From contig JBHGNT010000004.1 in NCBI GenBank assembly GCA_043228905.1, positions 3,286,001-3,350,000 of the forward strand: DNA of 64,000 nucleotides, given 5' to 3'. This document shows positions 47,145-58,600 of the stretch, in pieces (positions within the stretch are counted from its first letter, which is position 1; the number at the start of each line of letters is the position of its first letter). This DNA is from Azolla caroliniana. Taxonomy: Eukaryota; Plantae; Polypodiophyta. A program made the translations under genes and the position numbers. Under the pieces are notes generated by a model. That model was not told the DNA's origin. It saw only the letters and a program-made list of their open reading frames with translations, and did not search any database.

Positions 47145-50100
47145 AATAACATATCTTCGCCGCCCTGTGTCTTGTAGCCCTTGCTGGCGAGAGAGTACTC
47201 ACCGAAATATTTGATGAGCTGCTCGGAGGTCGGATTATCGATCGTGTAGATGCCTCCCTCCAGAAGGCCTGTTAACGCACGGATCGCCTCCTCCGTGATC
47301 ACCTCTGTGTCGATTTCTTTGATAATTTTTTTGGTCTTCTTGTGTGGCGCCGCCTCCATTATCGTCAAGAAACCCTCCAGTCTGTGTTGTCATAGCCATT
47401 TTTTGGCGGCTTCAGACAGTGTTTGGCAATCCATCTTTGCGTCAAGGTCGGAGAGCGTTGGCGAGGTTTGATGGTGGGGAGAGTGTGAGAGAGAAAGTTC
47501 TGAGTGAGGGGGTTCTCTATGCATGAGCTCTCTTCGATTGATCTTCACGCGTCTGTCTGCGTCTGTTCTCCTTGGTTCGCGAAAGGAGAAGGTCTCGATG
47601 CGTGGGGGTTTTTCTCTCTACATCTTGGCGCCTTTTTCGAGCCTCCGCATGTGCAGGTCGTGTACTATAATAGCATTGCGTGCCATGTGGCGGTGGTTTA
47701 ATGTCCTATTCATAGCCTCCTCGTACCTTTTCGACGTGCCTCTTTACTCATCGTTGGCATGGCCGTCTGTCGGACCCTTACCTGGAACGCGCACCTTGCC
47801 GGCCTCTTGACGGTTTGCCATCGTTTTGCTTTCCCCGGTTGCCGGCTCGTGCTCCTCCTTACCGGCTTGGTGGCAGTCGTTTTCCTCACATGTTGCCGTT
47901 GTGGTTGGCCTACCGGCGTCCGATTCGGCGCCGGCCCTTCGTTCAAATGGGTTCTTTGGCATAGGTCCTTTGTATGGCTTTAGTCTAAATCCGTTGACCC
48001 ATTTACCCAGCACCTCGCTGGCAAGTGTCCCTAACTAGTAAGACCCATTGAACCCGCGTGTGATCCAGTACGGTCCGGTCCATCTAAACCGTAGTTTGCC
48101 TGGCATTTTACCCATCCGGGTCTGGAACACTAGTATCGGCTTGCCGATTTCGAACATCTTTTTGTTTCCCTTCCGGTGACAATCTACAAATGCTTTCCGT
48201 CGCCGTTGTTCCAATTCCAGGTGCATGATGCTCGCCAGTCGGTGTTCTTCTAGGTCACATAGAGCCTTTAACCGAATTGCCTCTGATTCCTTTTCATTGA
48301 GTCGTTCCTGAATCTGAATCCGTAAGTTCGGTACCTGGAATTCGACCGGCATGACTGCCTCTAATCCGAATGCTAACCAGAACGACGTTGTTCGGATGCT
48401 TGTTTTGTACACTGTCTGGTAAGCCCAAAGCGCACTATGCAGCTTCGTGTCCCAATCTGTCCGATTTTCATTGACGATCTTGCGTAGGATATTCTATAGC
48501 GTTTTGTTTGTTGACTCAGCTAACCCGTTGGCTTGTGGATAGTACGGGGTGCTCCGTTTATGTACTACCGCATAGAATGACGTCAAGCTCTCCACTACTT
48601 GTGCTAGAAAGTGCCCTCCTTGGTCTCTTATCAGCTCTATGGGGCATCCATACCGGCACCAAATGTATTCGTATAAGAATTTTGCCATCGACGCCGCGGT
48701 GTTGTCTCGTAAGAGTTTGGCTTCCACCCATTTAGTGCAGTAGTCCGTCGTGACGATCACATACCGGTTGCCAGTTCTCATTGCCGGTGGTTTAAATGGT
48801 CAGACAAAATCTAGTCCCCATTTCTGAAATGGTTCTAGCAGTAGTACTAGCTGGTGCGGCATCCTAGCTTGTTCCGTTGGCTGGCCCATTGGCTGGCATA
48901 GATCACACTCTTTCGCGTACCGGACTACGTCTTTCAATGTAGTCGGCCACCATAGGCCACTTTGCCATATCTTCCTTGCCATAGCATCCCCGACATAATG
49001 GCCTCCGGCGACTCCGCAGTGTGCTTCCCGTAGTATTACCTCTTTCTAGTCGCTGCGCACCGCTCGTCGCCATATACCGTCTGCACCTTTGTGGTATAGC
49101 GTGTCCTGTAATAAACAGAAGTGCCGGCTTTGTACCGCCAAGCACTTCCTCTTGTCCCGGTTCATCTCCTTCGGAGGCAATCCGGTGCTCAGAAATTGGT
49201 GCATATTCGTTAGCCACTTATCTTCTGGTGCCACCGTTTCATCTGTTGTCGTTTCCGCAGTGACTCGAAATAGCTCAACATCTGGAAACTCGTCCAGTAC
49301 TCCGTCGCCGATTTCGCCGGAATCTAACCGGCTTAAATAATTTGCTACCGCATGTTGTATGCCGGGTTGGTGGAATATCTTGAATTCGAATTCCTGTAAT
49401 AGCAAAGTCCATCGGGCCAACTTACCGGTAAGTGACGCTTTGGACACTAGGTAGAGGAGTGTCGAGTGATCTACATGGAAGGAAAACTTTCTTCCCAATA
49501 AATAGTGCCTGAATTTTGTTACGATGTAGATCATGCCTAAAGCTTCCCTTTCCGTGGTGGAGTAATTTCGTTCGGCTTGGGATAACTTCCGGCTTGCGTA
49601 ATATACAGGCCGGTACCGTCTTGGCTCCGTAAGTTGCATCAGCACACTCCCGATTGCTATGTCGGACGCATCCACGAACACATGAAATTCCTTCGCCCAA
49701 TCCAGGGGTTGCACTACCGGCGCTTGTGACAATAGAACTTTGAGTGCCCGGTACGCCTTGTCTTCGGTGTCGGTCCACTATTCGGTGTACCGCAACATGC
49801 AGTGGTGTAGTTAGGTCCGCCAAATACTGGAGCATTCGGCTATGCCAACGGATTTGGCCTAAGAAACGGCTCAAGGCCTTCACCGTTGTTGGTGCCGGGG
49901 TCTCCAGGATCGCTTTTACTTTGTCTGGATCCACGGCGATGCCCTCCTTGCTTACAATGTGCCCCAGTAGCGTTCCACTAGACACGCCGAATACACACTT
50001 CGCCGGAGTCAGGCTTAGCCAGTAAGTCCTACACTTTTCTAGACACAGTCGGAGGTGCTGAAGGTGGTCTCCTTCCCGACTGTAAACGGCGAAGTCATCG

Positions 50101-50979
50101 AGGAACACCTGCATGAATGCCGGTATGAATTCTCCGAATATTTCCATGATGATCCTCTGGAACGTTGTCGGCGCCGTTTTCAGTCCGAACATCATCACTA
50201 CGGCAACAAACACTCCCTATTCAGTGACGAAAGCCGTTTTCTCCTGGTCATCGGGGTGCATCCGGATTTGGTTGTATCCGCTGAATCCGTCTAAAAAACT
50301 GTATACTTCATGGCCGGCGACTGTGTCCAAAACTCCATCCGTAAATGGAAGTGGAAATGCATCAGTTACCATCACCGCATTAAGCTTCCAGTAGTCGACA
50401 CATACTCTAATTTTGCTGTTTTTCTTCGGTACGACTACTATCGGGCTCAGCCATGTCAATTTCTTTACGGGACGGATAAAGCCAACTCTCAGCAACTTAT
50501 CGATTTTCTCCTTGACTTTGGCGGCGTAATTTGGATTCATCCGGTACCGTCGCTGTGCTACCGGTTTGGCATCTTTGCTCAAATGTATCTGGTGCTGATA
50601 TAGCTGAGGATCGAGCCCTCTCATATCCTCGTAGGACCAGGCAAACACGTCCCGAAACTCTTTGAACACCGGGACATTTGAAACAGGTAATATGTCGCAT
50701 TTTGAGAACTGTCCATCAAAAAATGACACAAATTAGGGTGATTCACAAAAAGGGGTGCCGCATGCGTAAAGGAATTTTAAAAATGACCCAAAAATATATT
50801 GATTTTTAACATGTACGGAAATTTAGGTGTTCAAAAAAATGCCTAAATAATGGACATGCCAAACTTAGAAATGAATGTCCAAAATGACTAACCCCAATAT
50901 TTATAGAAATTCTGAATCCAAATCTTGATGTGCAATACAATATTTATAGTTAACGTATCAGGACAATCATTTTTCAAGT

Positions 50980-51525
50980 TTATGTCATCATCTTCATACC
51001 CATTAGATGAAATAGTACGAGTTTATGAGGTCTCATCCTCATCATCAATGGCAACTAATGCATTGTGTTGATCCAATTGCAATCCAACCTCATCGAGTTT
51101 ATGAGTCATGCTTCTTGTTTGTCTTTGTGTTGTGTTTGAAGCCACATTCCGGATCCTCTTTTAGTATCTTCATTGTGGTCTGTCACAGATAACTTGTTTT
51201 GGTCAAAGATAAGTCATACACTAATATATAAACATTATCCAATGTAAGAGTAGATGTGCTTGATGCATCTTTCCTCCTCACTTTTTGGTTATGATATTTC
51301 ATTATGTACTTTCCATTTACAAGATTAGATTATGTGAGAGAAGCTTTCTACCAAAATCATTAGAATCTAAAAAATGTCTTAAAGATGTTTTCCATTTTTC
51401 TTAGATTCTCATAGTAAGCCTTTGATGTCGTACAGAAATCCGATTCATTCCATCTAGATTTGACGCAACATGTCGAATTTTACTCTATACATCTAGAATT
51501 GGATATAATGCATCAGATTCCTGTA
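50980..51525 (-). pseudogene. Degenerate 3' end of an unidentified gene in the left arm of the TIR element, possibly the transposase C-terminus
   Basis: Reads ..NGKYIMKYHNQKVRRKDASSTSTLTLDNVYILVYDLSLTKTSYL*QTTMKILKE.. followed by an acidic tail. Composition is coding-like amid AT-rich DNA. No catalytic motif is visible. Confidence 0.35.
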
Positions 51526-51526
51526 A

Positions 51527-52997
51527 GTCTTGGAATTTTATTAAAAATTTCCATTAAAAAAATACTCTTGCATTTTAATGCATTGCATTGAATTCTAGCT
51601 ACATAGACTAAAATATGATACATTGCATGGATTTCCCGAAAATACATAAATAAATAGAAATTGAAAAAATAAAACATTTTCCCATAAATAAATAAATAAA
51701 CATTTTTTATTTTACTCGTAAATAAATAAATAAAAATTGAAAAATTAGATTTTTTATTTTTTTTCCAAATTTTCATAGTTTTTAGAGTTTTTTTGGTATT
51801 TTGTTTGTCTATTTTCTCATAAATAACTATATAGAAATTGAAAAAATGAATTTTCAAAGGATCTATTGAAAGTCCACTTTTTGCTATTTGTTACCAAATT
51901 TTCATATTTTAAAATTTTTTTTTGTATTTTTTAAATTGGTTTTCATTTTTTCCAATAAATAAATAAATAAAAATTGCAAAAAATGGGTTTTCAACAGAAA
52001 TCCGATTGAAAATCCATTTTGTCTTATTTGTTTCCAATTTTTCAGATATTTTGAATTTGTTTTTGTATTTGTTTTGAATTGTTTTTGTTTTTATCATAAA
52101 TAAATATATAGGAATTGAAAAAAATGGATTTTCCACTTTTTCTTGTTTGTTTACAAATTTTCTTATTTGTTTATATTTTTCTCTAAAAAAGTGTTAAAAA
52201 TAAACAAATTGTGATTTTCTCCATTTAAAATGATGTGTTTTCAACGGGAATCCGATGTAGTGCATCGGATTCCCGTTGAAAACACATCATTTTCAACAGG
52301 ATTTTCAATGGAAATCCGATGCACTGCATCGGATTTCCGTTCAAAATCACTGAGTTTCAACAGAAATCCGATGCAGTGCATCGGATTTCCCTTGAAAGTC
52401 CAATATCTTTCTTATGTTTTTTCATAAAACATTAATTTGCAATTGAAATCCGACTCAATGGTTCAGATTTTGTTGAAAATGTAATATTTTTTTATTATCT
52501 CATTGTTTTATGAAAAACCTAAAAGAAATTTGGATTTTTAATTGAAATTCGATGTAGTGCATTAGATTTCAGTTGGAAATCCACTTTTTTAATATATTTT
52601 TATTTATTTTTTGAAAAAATGAAAAACAATTGAAAAGAAAGAGGATTGCCAGCTAAAATCTGATGCAATGCATCAATGTCTAGCTGTATAGACTACGATT
52701 TGATGTAGTGTATCGGATTTCAGTTGAAAAGCCGTTTATTATTTTTTATATGGAAAATAAATAAATAAATAACATTGGAAAAAGAAAAAAGAAAAAAGGA
52801 TTTTCGACTCTAATCCAACGCATTGCATTAGATTCTAGCTATATATACTAAAATATAATGTAGTGCATAGTATTTTAGCTGAAAATCCATTTTTTTTATT
52901 TTAATGGAAATTTTTTTTAAAATTACAAAAAAAAAAAAACTTGGATTTTCAACTGAAATCTAGTGCATTGCATTGGATTCCAATTAAAAATCCAAGA
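51527..52997. repeat. Array of about 10 palindromic units (consensus GGATTTTCAACTGAAATCCGATGCA-N-TGCATCGGATTTCAGTTGAAAATCC) with poly-A/T spacers
   Basis: The best unit, 52227-52293, is a 67-bp palindrome with one mismatch. Further units lie near 52300, 52355, 52440, 52530, 52645-52732, 52800-52888, 52943-52993 and 51575-51640. Confidence 0.85.
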
Positions 52998-53033
52998 TTT
53001 TTTATTTTTTCAAATTTTATTGTTTCAAATTTT

Positions 53034-53477
53034 CAATGGGTTTTAGATTAGTTTTCTAACACAGGTATATAATATAAAACTTACATCAATTTAGATTTAC
53101 GTTATATTCTATTCTTCAGTTTGATGTTAGCTGTGCAATTTCATTCTACTGTCATGTACTACTAAAACATACGCCTTAAAGATTATCAGGAACTCTGTTG
53201 CATTAGAGAAGGACCTTGAGCAAGTTAATGTCATCAAAATGAGGATCCAAGGTATCTGGGGTTGTCCTGATCAAGACCAAGAAGTTGGGGCAAAGCATAT
53301 CAATAAAACTTAGATGTTCCAGATGACTTTTAGAAAACTTGTGGAACTATAGATGAAGACGCAGGGCAACTTGTTGAATTAGAAGACGTTTCAGAGTCTG
53401 AACATACTAACAATTCAACTTAGCGTACTAACGAAGCCAATGAGGACAATCCTGATGAAAGAGCTAATCCTGAGTAG
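53034..53477 (+). pseudogene. Second, diverged N4/N6 DNA methyltransferase 3' fragment (motif I exon, intron 53065-53155, last exon)
   Basis: QWVLD*FSNT(G)|intron|TTKTYALKIIRNSVALEKDLEQVNVIKMRIQGIWGCPDQDQEVGAKHI aligns with LILDLFSGT|ATSACALKLFHNSIALKKDDE*VNFISMRLRALWECPDQDEEVGAKHI of the copy at 170-460. Confidence 0.85.
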
Positions 53478-55656
53478 ACGGCTTTACCAGACTTATTATT
53501 CGATTGAATGGTTATGGCTTATTGTAAATTTTGAACAATATGAATTGTTAAATTTTGACGTAATATATAAGTTGAGCTTACTTATAATTTTCGTGTAACA
53601 ATCATTGAACTTAGAAATTAAGTATACTTGTATGTGCACATGTTATCTAAACTCTCCTTTATCATTTGGGGTATATCGGAGATAAGTTTATACTCTATCA
53701 TTTACTCGTATGATTGGAATGTTATTGTAGACTAGTTTATTTATACATTGACAGTGTCATGTATCACGTGTCAATGGAAATTTCCTCTTGACATAGTAGT
53801 ATCAGTTAATTGCAAGGTTCACAATTTGCTTTAAGATGTATTATATTTAAATATACACACATAATTAGAAGAAGTCACTTATTCAATGGGGCATGCTTTT
53901 TAGAATATGCACAAGGACCCGTGTTACTATTATACTTGTGTTGACAAATACACCCCTGTCTAAGATTTGGACAAAAACATGGTAGATAGAATATACGTCG
54001 GATGATTTTGTTGATGTGATATTAGTTAGTTCTTTTTTTCGCTATGTTTTCATAAACCACATACACATGCGTCGTGCCTTGTTGAAATTCTGCTTAAATA
54101 AGGCATTTTTTAACATCTCACTAAGATATGAAAAAGAGAATGCGACATATTACCTGTTTCAAATGGCCCGATGTTTTTGAGAAGTGTAATCATCGTCGTT
54201 CTGTTCTCTGTAGTCATTTCCTTGGCTATCTGCACCGGTCTCGCCTCTTTCGTGGTTCCTAGATTGACCTCCTCTAGTTGGGATGCTTTAACCCGTTGTG
54301 ATACGGCCATTTCTCTTTCCAGTGTTTCTTGTGCTTGCCGTAGTTCCCAGATTGCTTCTTTATTTGGTTCTTCGTCCGCTACGTCCGGTGGTAGTATGTA
54401 TGGTGATACGGCTTCAGCTACGTCGATTTCAAATAGAGGTACTATCTTTGGATTATCTTGCAAGTATTGATCCACCTCTTCGTCTGCTAATCCGTCCAGC
54501 ATATTGACACATTCGGCATATAGGGGTGTCAATTCCTTCCCGGTACCCGTCCATGGTTGTGTCGGTACCCGTACTTTTGCTTTTCCCCGCCGGAAGGTGA
54601 TTATGTTCTTCCTCCAATTTTGTTTAATGTGCGTCGTTTTTAGCCACAACCGCCCCAACAATAGCGGGTACGCACCTTGTGCTTGTAATTGTAGCACTAC
54701 TGCCGAGATGCGAAATGTGTGGCCGCCGATTGTTACTTCCAAATCTCGTATCAAGCCGGTCGGTCACACTGAGCTTGTATCCACCATCCGTAGCCAGAAC
54801 GGGCATGGTTCCCACTCTTGGATTCCCAAGGTGGTGCATGTTCGGAGGCTAATCACGTTGACGCCGGATCCTCCATCTATTACTGTTCCGGGTAACTCCT
54901 TTCCCTTCACGATGGTCGTGATCGTCGGACTGTTTGTGTCTACCACCGCCAGTCCCTCCTCCGGATTTGAGAAGAATGTTGGTGCCGGTGGTGTTTCTCC
55001 TACCGTCATGCCTGTCTTGAGTCCTTCTGTGAATCTGGGCACTAGTTGCAGGAGCTGTCCTAATGGCAGCGTGATTTGGCACTCTTGCAATGCCTGCCAT
55101 GTCGCGTTTTCAGTTTGACTGCCGCCGGCGAGCTCTTCGGTGTTCTCCTTTTGCTGCGCAAGTTCTGCTACGTTTCACTCATTTTCCTTTTTCACCCATT
55201 CCGTTGCCTGCTTCCGGATGGCCTCTTGTGTCTCCCATTCCGTTGTCTTGCCCTTCCACCTTGTGGTAACTTGTTGCAGGTCTGCGACTTCGGCGACTAC
55301 CATGTTTACTGTCGGTCGCTTGTCATAGCTCTTTGTCGGACATTGATTACTATAATGTCCTTCTTGCCGGCAATAATTGCAATATGCTTTCTGGGTGTTG
55401 CTGGATTCGGCATTGTTTCCTCTACCCGGTGGAGGACCTGTGGTAACCGCGGGGCTTTGGTCCGGTTGGCTACTTGAGGTGCCTTTTTCCGGTTCATGTG
55501 GGTGGCTCCCTTTTTTGAAATGCCATTTTTTATTAAAGTTCTTTTTGTTGCGGTACCCTTGACGGGGTTGGTCGTCATTTCTCCCGTAATCTTCCCGTCG
55601 TTGGTGATACCCGGGGGAGTGATCCCAGTTGTGATGCTCGTACCGTCCATTGTAAT

Positions 55657-58600
55657 CTCCAGATGGGAAGGGAGAAGAACAATGCTGATGAACAAGCTCG
55701 GCCGAAACCGTATGAGGAGTACCCGGCTACGGAGAGCCAGATGGTGCAGACCCGGTATGAACCGGATGAGGAGTACCCGGCTACGGAGAGCCGGATGGTG
55801 CAAACCCGGTATGAACCAGATGAGGAGACATATTGGTAAATATGTTTCTGAGAGTCCATCAAGGATATATTTGTAAATAGCCGAAAAGTCATATTAGTAT
55901 AAATATGACTTAGGGCAAACTTTTTTGTAACTGTTGTTAGTTGTTATTTCTTGTCTGTGTGAGATGAGAGCGTGTAACTGTGTACAAAGAGAGAGAGAGA
56001 GAGAAAGAGGTCATTGCCTCTGTTGTAACCGTCGCCTGTGGCGAAGATTTGTGAGCACGAGGTCGTTGCCTCAATGAACTCACTGTTGTACATTCTTACA
56101 TAGTGACAGTTTGCAGCCTGTGGGCTGCCGTGGTTTTTCCCCGTAAACCTCCTGTGTATCTTCCTCCTCTTTGTGTCGTGTTTTATTTCCCGTTTTTTCT
56201 GTGTATCATTCTAAACTCGGTTGTGGCCGAGCGTTGTGCATAAGGAGCGTTGAGTTCCCGTCAATTGGTATCAGAGCGAAACGACACAGAAAATGGATGA
56301 ATCGTTGGGCGGCATGTTCAAGCTCACCGGCTCCAACTATTCAGTGTGGAAGTCGAAGATGAGGGATATGCTCGTGGTAAAAGATCTTTGGCTGCCGGTT
56401 CAGTTTGGGGACAAGAGACCGGACAAAATCAATGCCACGATATGGGAGGTGATGCACATGAAGACAACGACGTACATACGGTGCTTCATCGACATGAGCC
56501 TATACAACAACTTCAATGAAGAGAGCAAGGCTCATGAGCTCTGGGAGAAGATCGGCATAATGTTTCAAAACAAAAATGTTGTTAATTAGGTTTCGGTATT
56601 CCGGAAGCTAGTAAGACTCCGGTACCAAGATGGCTCCAGCATGGCGGAGCATATGAATGCCTTCCAGGGGCTGATACACCAAGCAACGTCATTGGAAGTA
56701 CCTCTCGCCGATGAGGTACTAGCACTACTCCTACTTGGTTCCCTCCCGGATAGCTGGGAGACGTTGGTTGTCACTTTGGGCAACGCCGGGCCGGAAGGAA
56801 AACGGTTATCCCTAGCAAGAGTGAAGTCGAGCCTGCTAGATGAGGAGGCGCGTCGGAAAGATAAGTATACGAGCTCCGACCCCAAAGTGCTCCTTACCGA
56901 ATCAGAACGCGGAAGACATAGAAACCGTAGTCCCCAGAACCGGGAGAAGTCGGGGACACGGTCAAAGTCAAGGGGGAGGCCTACTTGCTTCTATTGCGGC
57001 AAGCCGGGACACTTCCAGAAGAACTGTCGGCACTTCCGTAAAGACAAGGAAACCGACGTCACCGATTCGAAGCGGACACCGGACCGGAATGGTAAAGACC
57101 GTAGGGGACCGGACCGGAAGGGAACGACGGCAATCGCGGCAAGTGAAGAGGAGTTGATGCTCATCACCGAGGAGAGTGAGATAAACCTTGCCGGCGACGA
57201 GATGACCTGGGTGGTAGACTCCGGAGTGTCATTCCACCTTACCCCGGACCGGAAATGCTTCTCATCCTACTCAGCCGGTGATCACGGCTGTGTCTGGATG
57301 GGGAATGAAGGTACATGCCGAATTGTTGGCATAGGAGACGTGTGGTTGACAACACCTACCGGATGCAAATTGCTGCTGAAGGATGTCCAACATGTTCCGG
57401 AGGTTCGACTGAACCTGATATCAGCCGGTCGGCTAGATGATCAGGGCTACATGGGTAGCATCCGGAACGGTGTCATGAAGTTCAGCAAAGCGAGCCTGAT
57501 TGTGGCTCGGGCCCGGAAGGTAAACACACTGTACCTGATGAATGCCCGACTATGTCCGGAAGAAGTGAACGTGGCATCTGACACTGCCGGTGAGCTGTGG
57601 CACAAGAGGCTGTGTCATATGAGCGAGAAGGGGATGAAGAGGCTTGCAGACGACAACCTCATTCCAGTGAAGAACGTGCACTTAGAGAAGTGCACTGATT
57701 GTCTCGCCGGTAAGCAGAACCGGACCTCCTTCCGACCAAGGCCACCGATGAGACGTAATGCACCACTGGAGTTGGTGCATACGGATGTGTGTCAAGTAGA
57801 CACGAAGTCACATGCCGGAGCGCAGTACTTCGTGACGTTCATAGATGACCACAGACGGAAGTTGTGGGCCACACCGTTGAAGACGAAGGATCAGGTGTTA
57901 TCTGTCTTCAAAGAGCTCCACGCAAGAGTGGAAAGAGAAACCGGCCGGAAGCTGAAGGCGGTTCGAGCAGATAACGGTGGAGAATACCGGGGGCAATTTG
58001 AGGAGTACTGCCGCTCGAAGGGAATCCGGCTCGAATTTACCGTGCCGAAGACGCCGGAACTAAACGGACTGGCTGAGAGGATGAACCGGACCATAATGGA
58101 GAGGGTCCAGAGTATGCTAGCGCATGCAAAACTACCCAAGAAGTTTTGGGCTGAGGCACTGTCGACGGCGACATATGTGATAAATAGATCACCCTCAGTA
58201 CCCTTGGATGGAGACACGCCACAGAGAGTGTGGACCGGTAAGGAAGTGTCCTACCGGCATCTGAAGGTGTTCGGATGTCTCGCGTACGTGCATGTAGCTA
58301 AGGACCGGAGAGGGAAGTTAGATCCAAAGACCCGGCCATGCATATTCCTCGATTACGGTGATGATGAGTTCGGCTACTGAGTGTGGGACCTGGTCGACAA
58401 GAAGGTTTTCCGGAGTCGAGATATTATCTTCATGGAGGACAAGACGCTCGCCGACTGGGAGTCGGAGAAGAAGATAATGAACTCCGAGTCGACCGGTAAG
58501 GATTGACTCTACGATGAGCAGACCCAACCGGCAAGAGACCGGTTAGCACTCGGGGGACCAGCCGGTTACGGTGAGGATACCGAACAGGCTGAAGAAGAAG

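Larger units (their letters stand above)
38414..47434 (-). pseudogene. Extra ORF of element D downstream of pol (globular N-terminus, Pro/Glu-rich linker, long coiled coil, Gln-rich tail), split by copia E
   Basis: ATG near 47434 (MDCQTLSEAAKKWL..). Pieces 47145-47434, 41080-41367, 40486-41076, 39406-40380, 39120-39545 and 38489-39010 are all on the gag/pol strand, with heptad-like E/K/R/L-rich sequence. Confidence 0.7.
50665..54175. mobile_element. Non-autonomous TIR DNA transposon carrying an MTase 3' fragment
   Basis: 37-bp TIRs at 50665-50701 (aacaccgggacatttgaaacaggtaatatgtcgcatt) and 54139-54175 (2 mismatches). TSD TTTG at 50661-50664 and 54176-54179. Removing the element restores LLKEFRDVF in the host pol. 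Confidence 0.92.
47945..55656 (-). pseudogene. Degenerate gag(3')-pol of element D (zinc knuckle, PR, RT, RNase H, integrase), interrupted by the TIR element
   Basis: CNYCRQEGHYSNQC at ~55340-55385, TVIDGGSGVNVIS, FLDGFSGYNQI, VFLDD, FVDASDIAIG, WGLDFV, YPQANGLAES, VNGFRLKPY. Confidence 0.9.

Noticed and set aside
51527-52997. Palindromic repeats with variable spacers as a CRISPR array
   Set aside because: Repeats are degenerate and of uneven length, spacers are low-complexity poly-A/T, there are no cas genes, and the context is eukaryotic.
50665-54175. Classification as CACTA/EnSpm because of CAC near the ends
   Set aside because: The empty site is only restored with termini AACAC../..ATGTT and a 4-bp TTTG TSD. 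CACTA needs CACT(A/G) termini and a 3-bp TSD.
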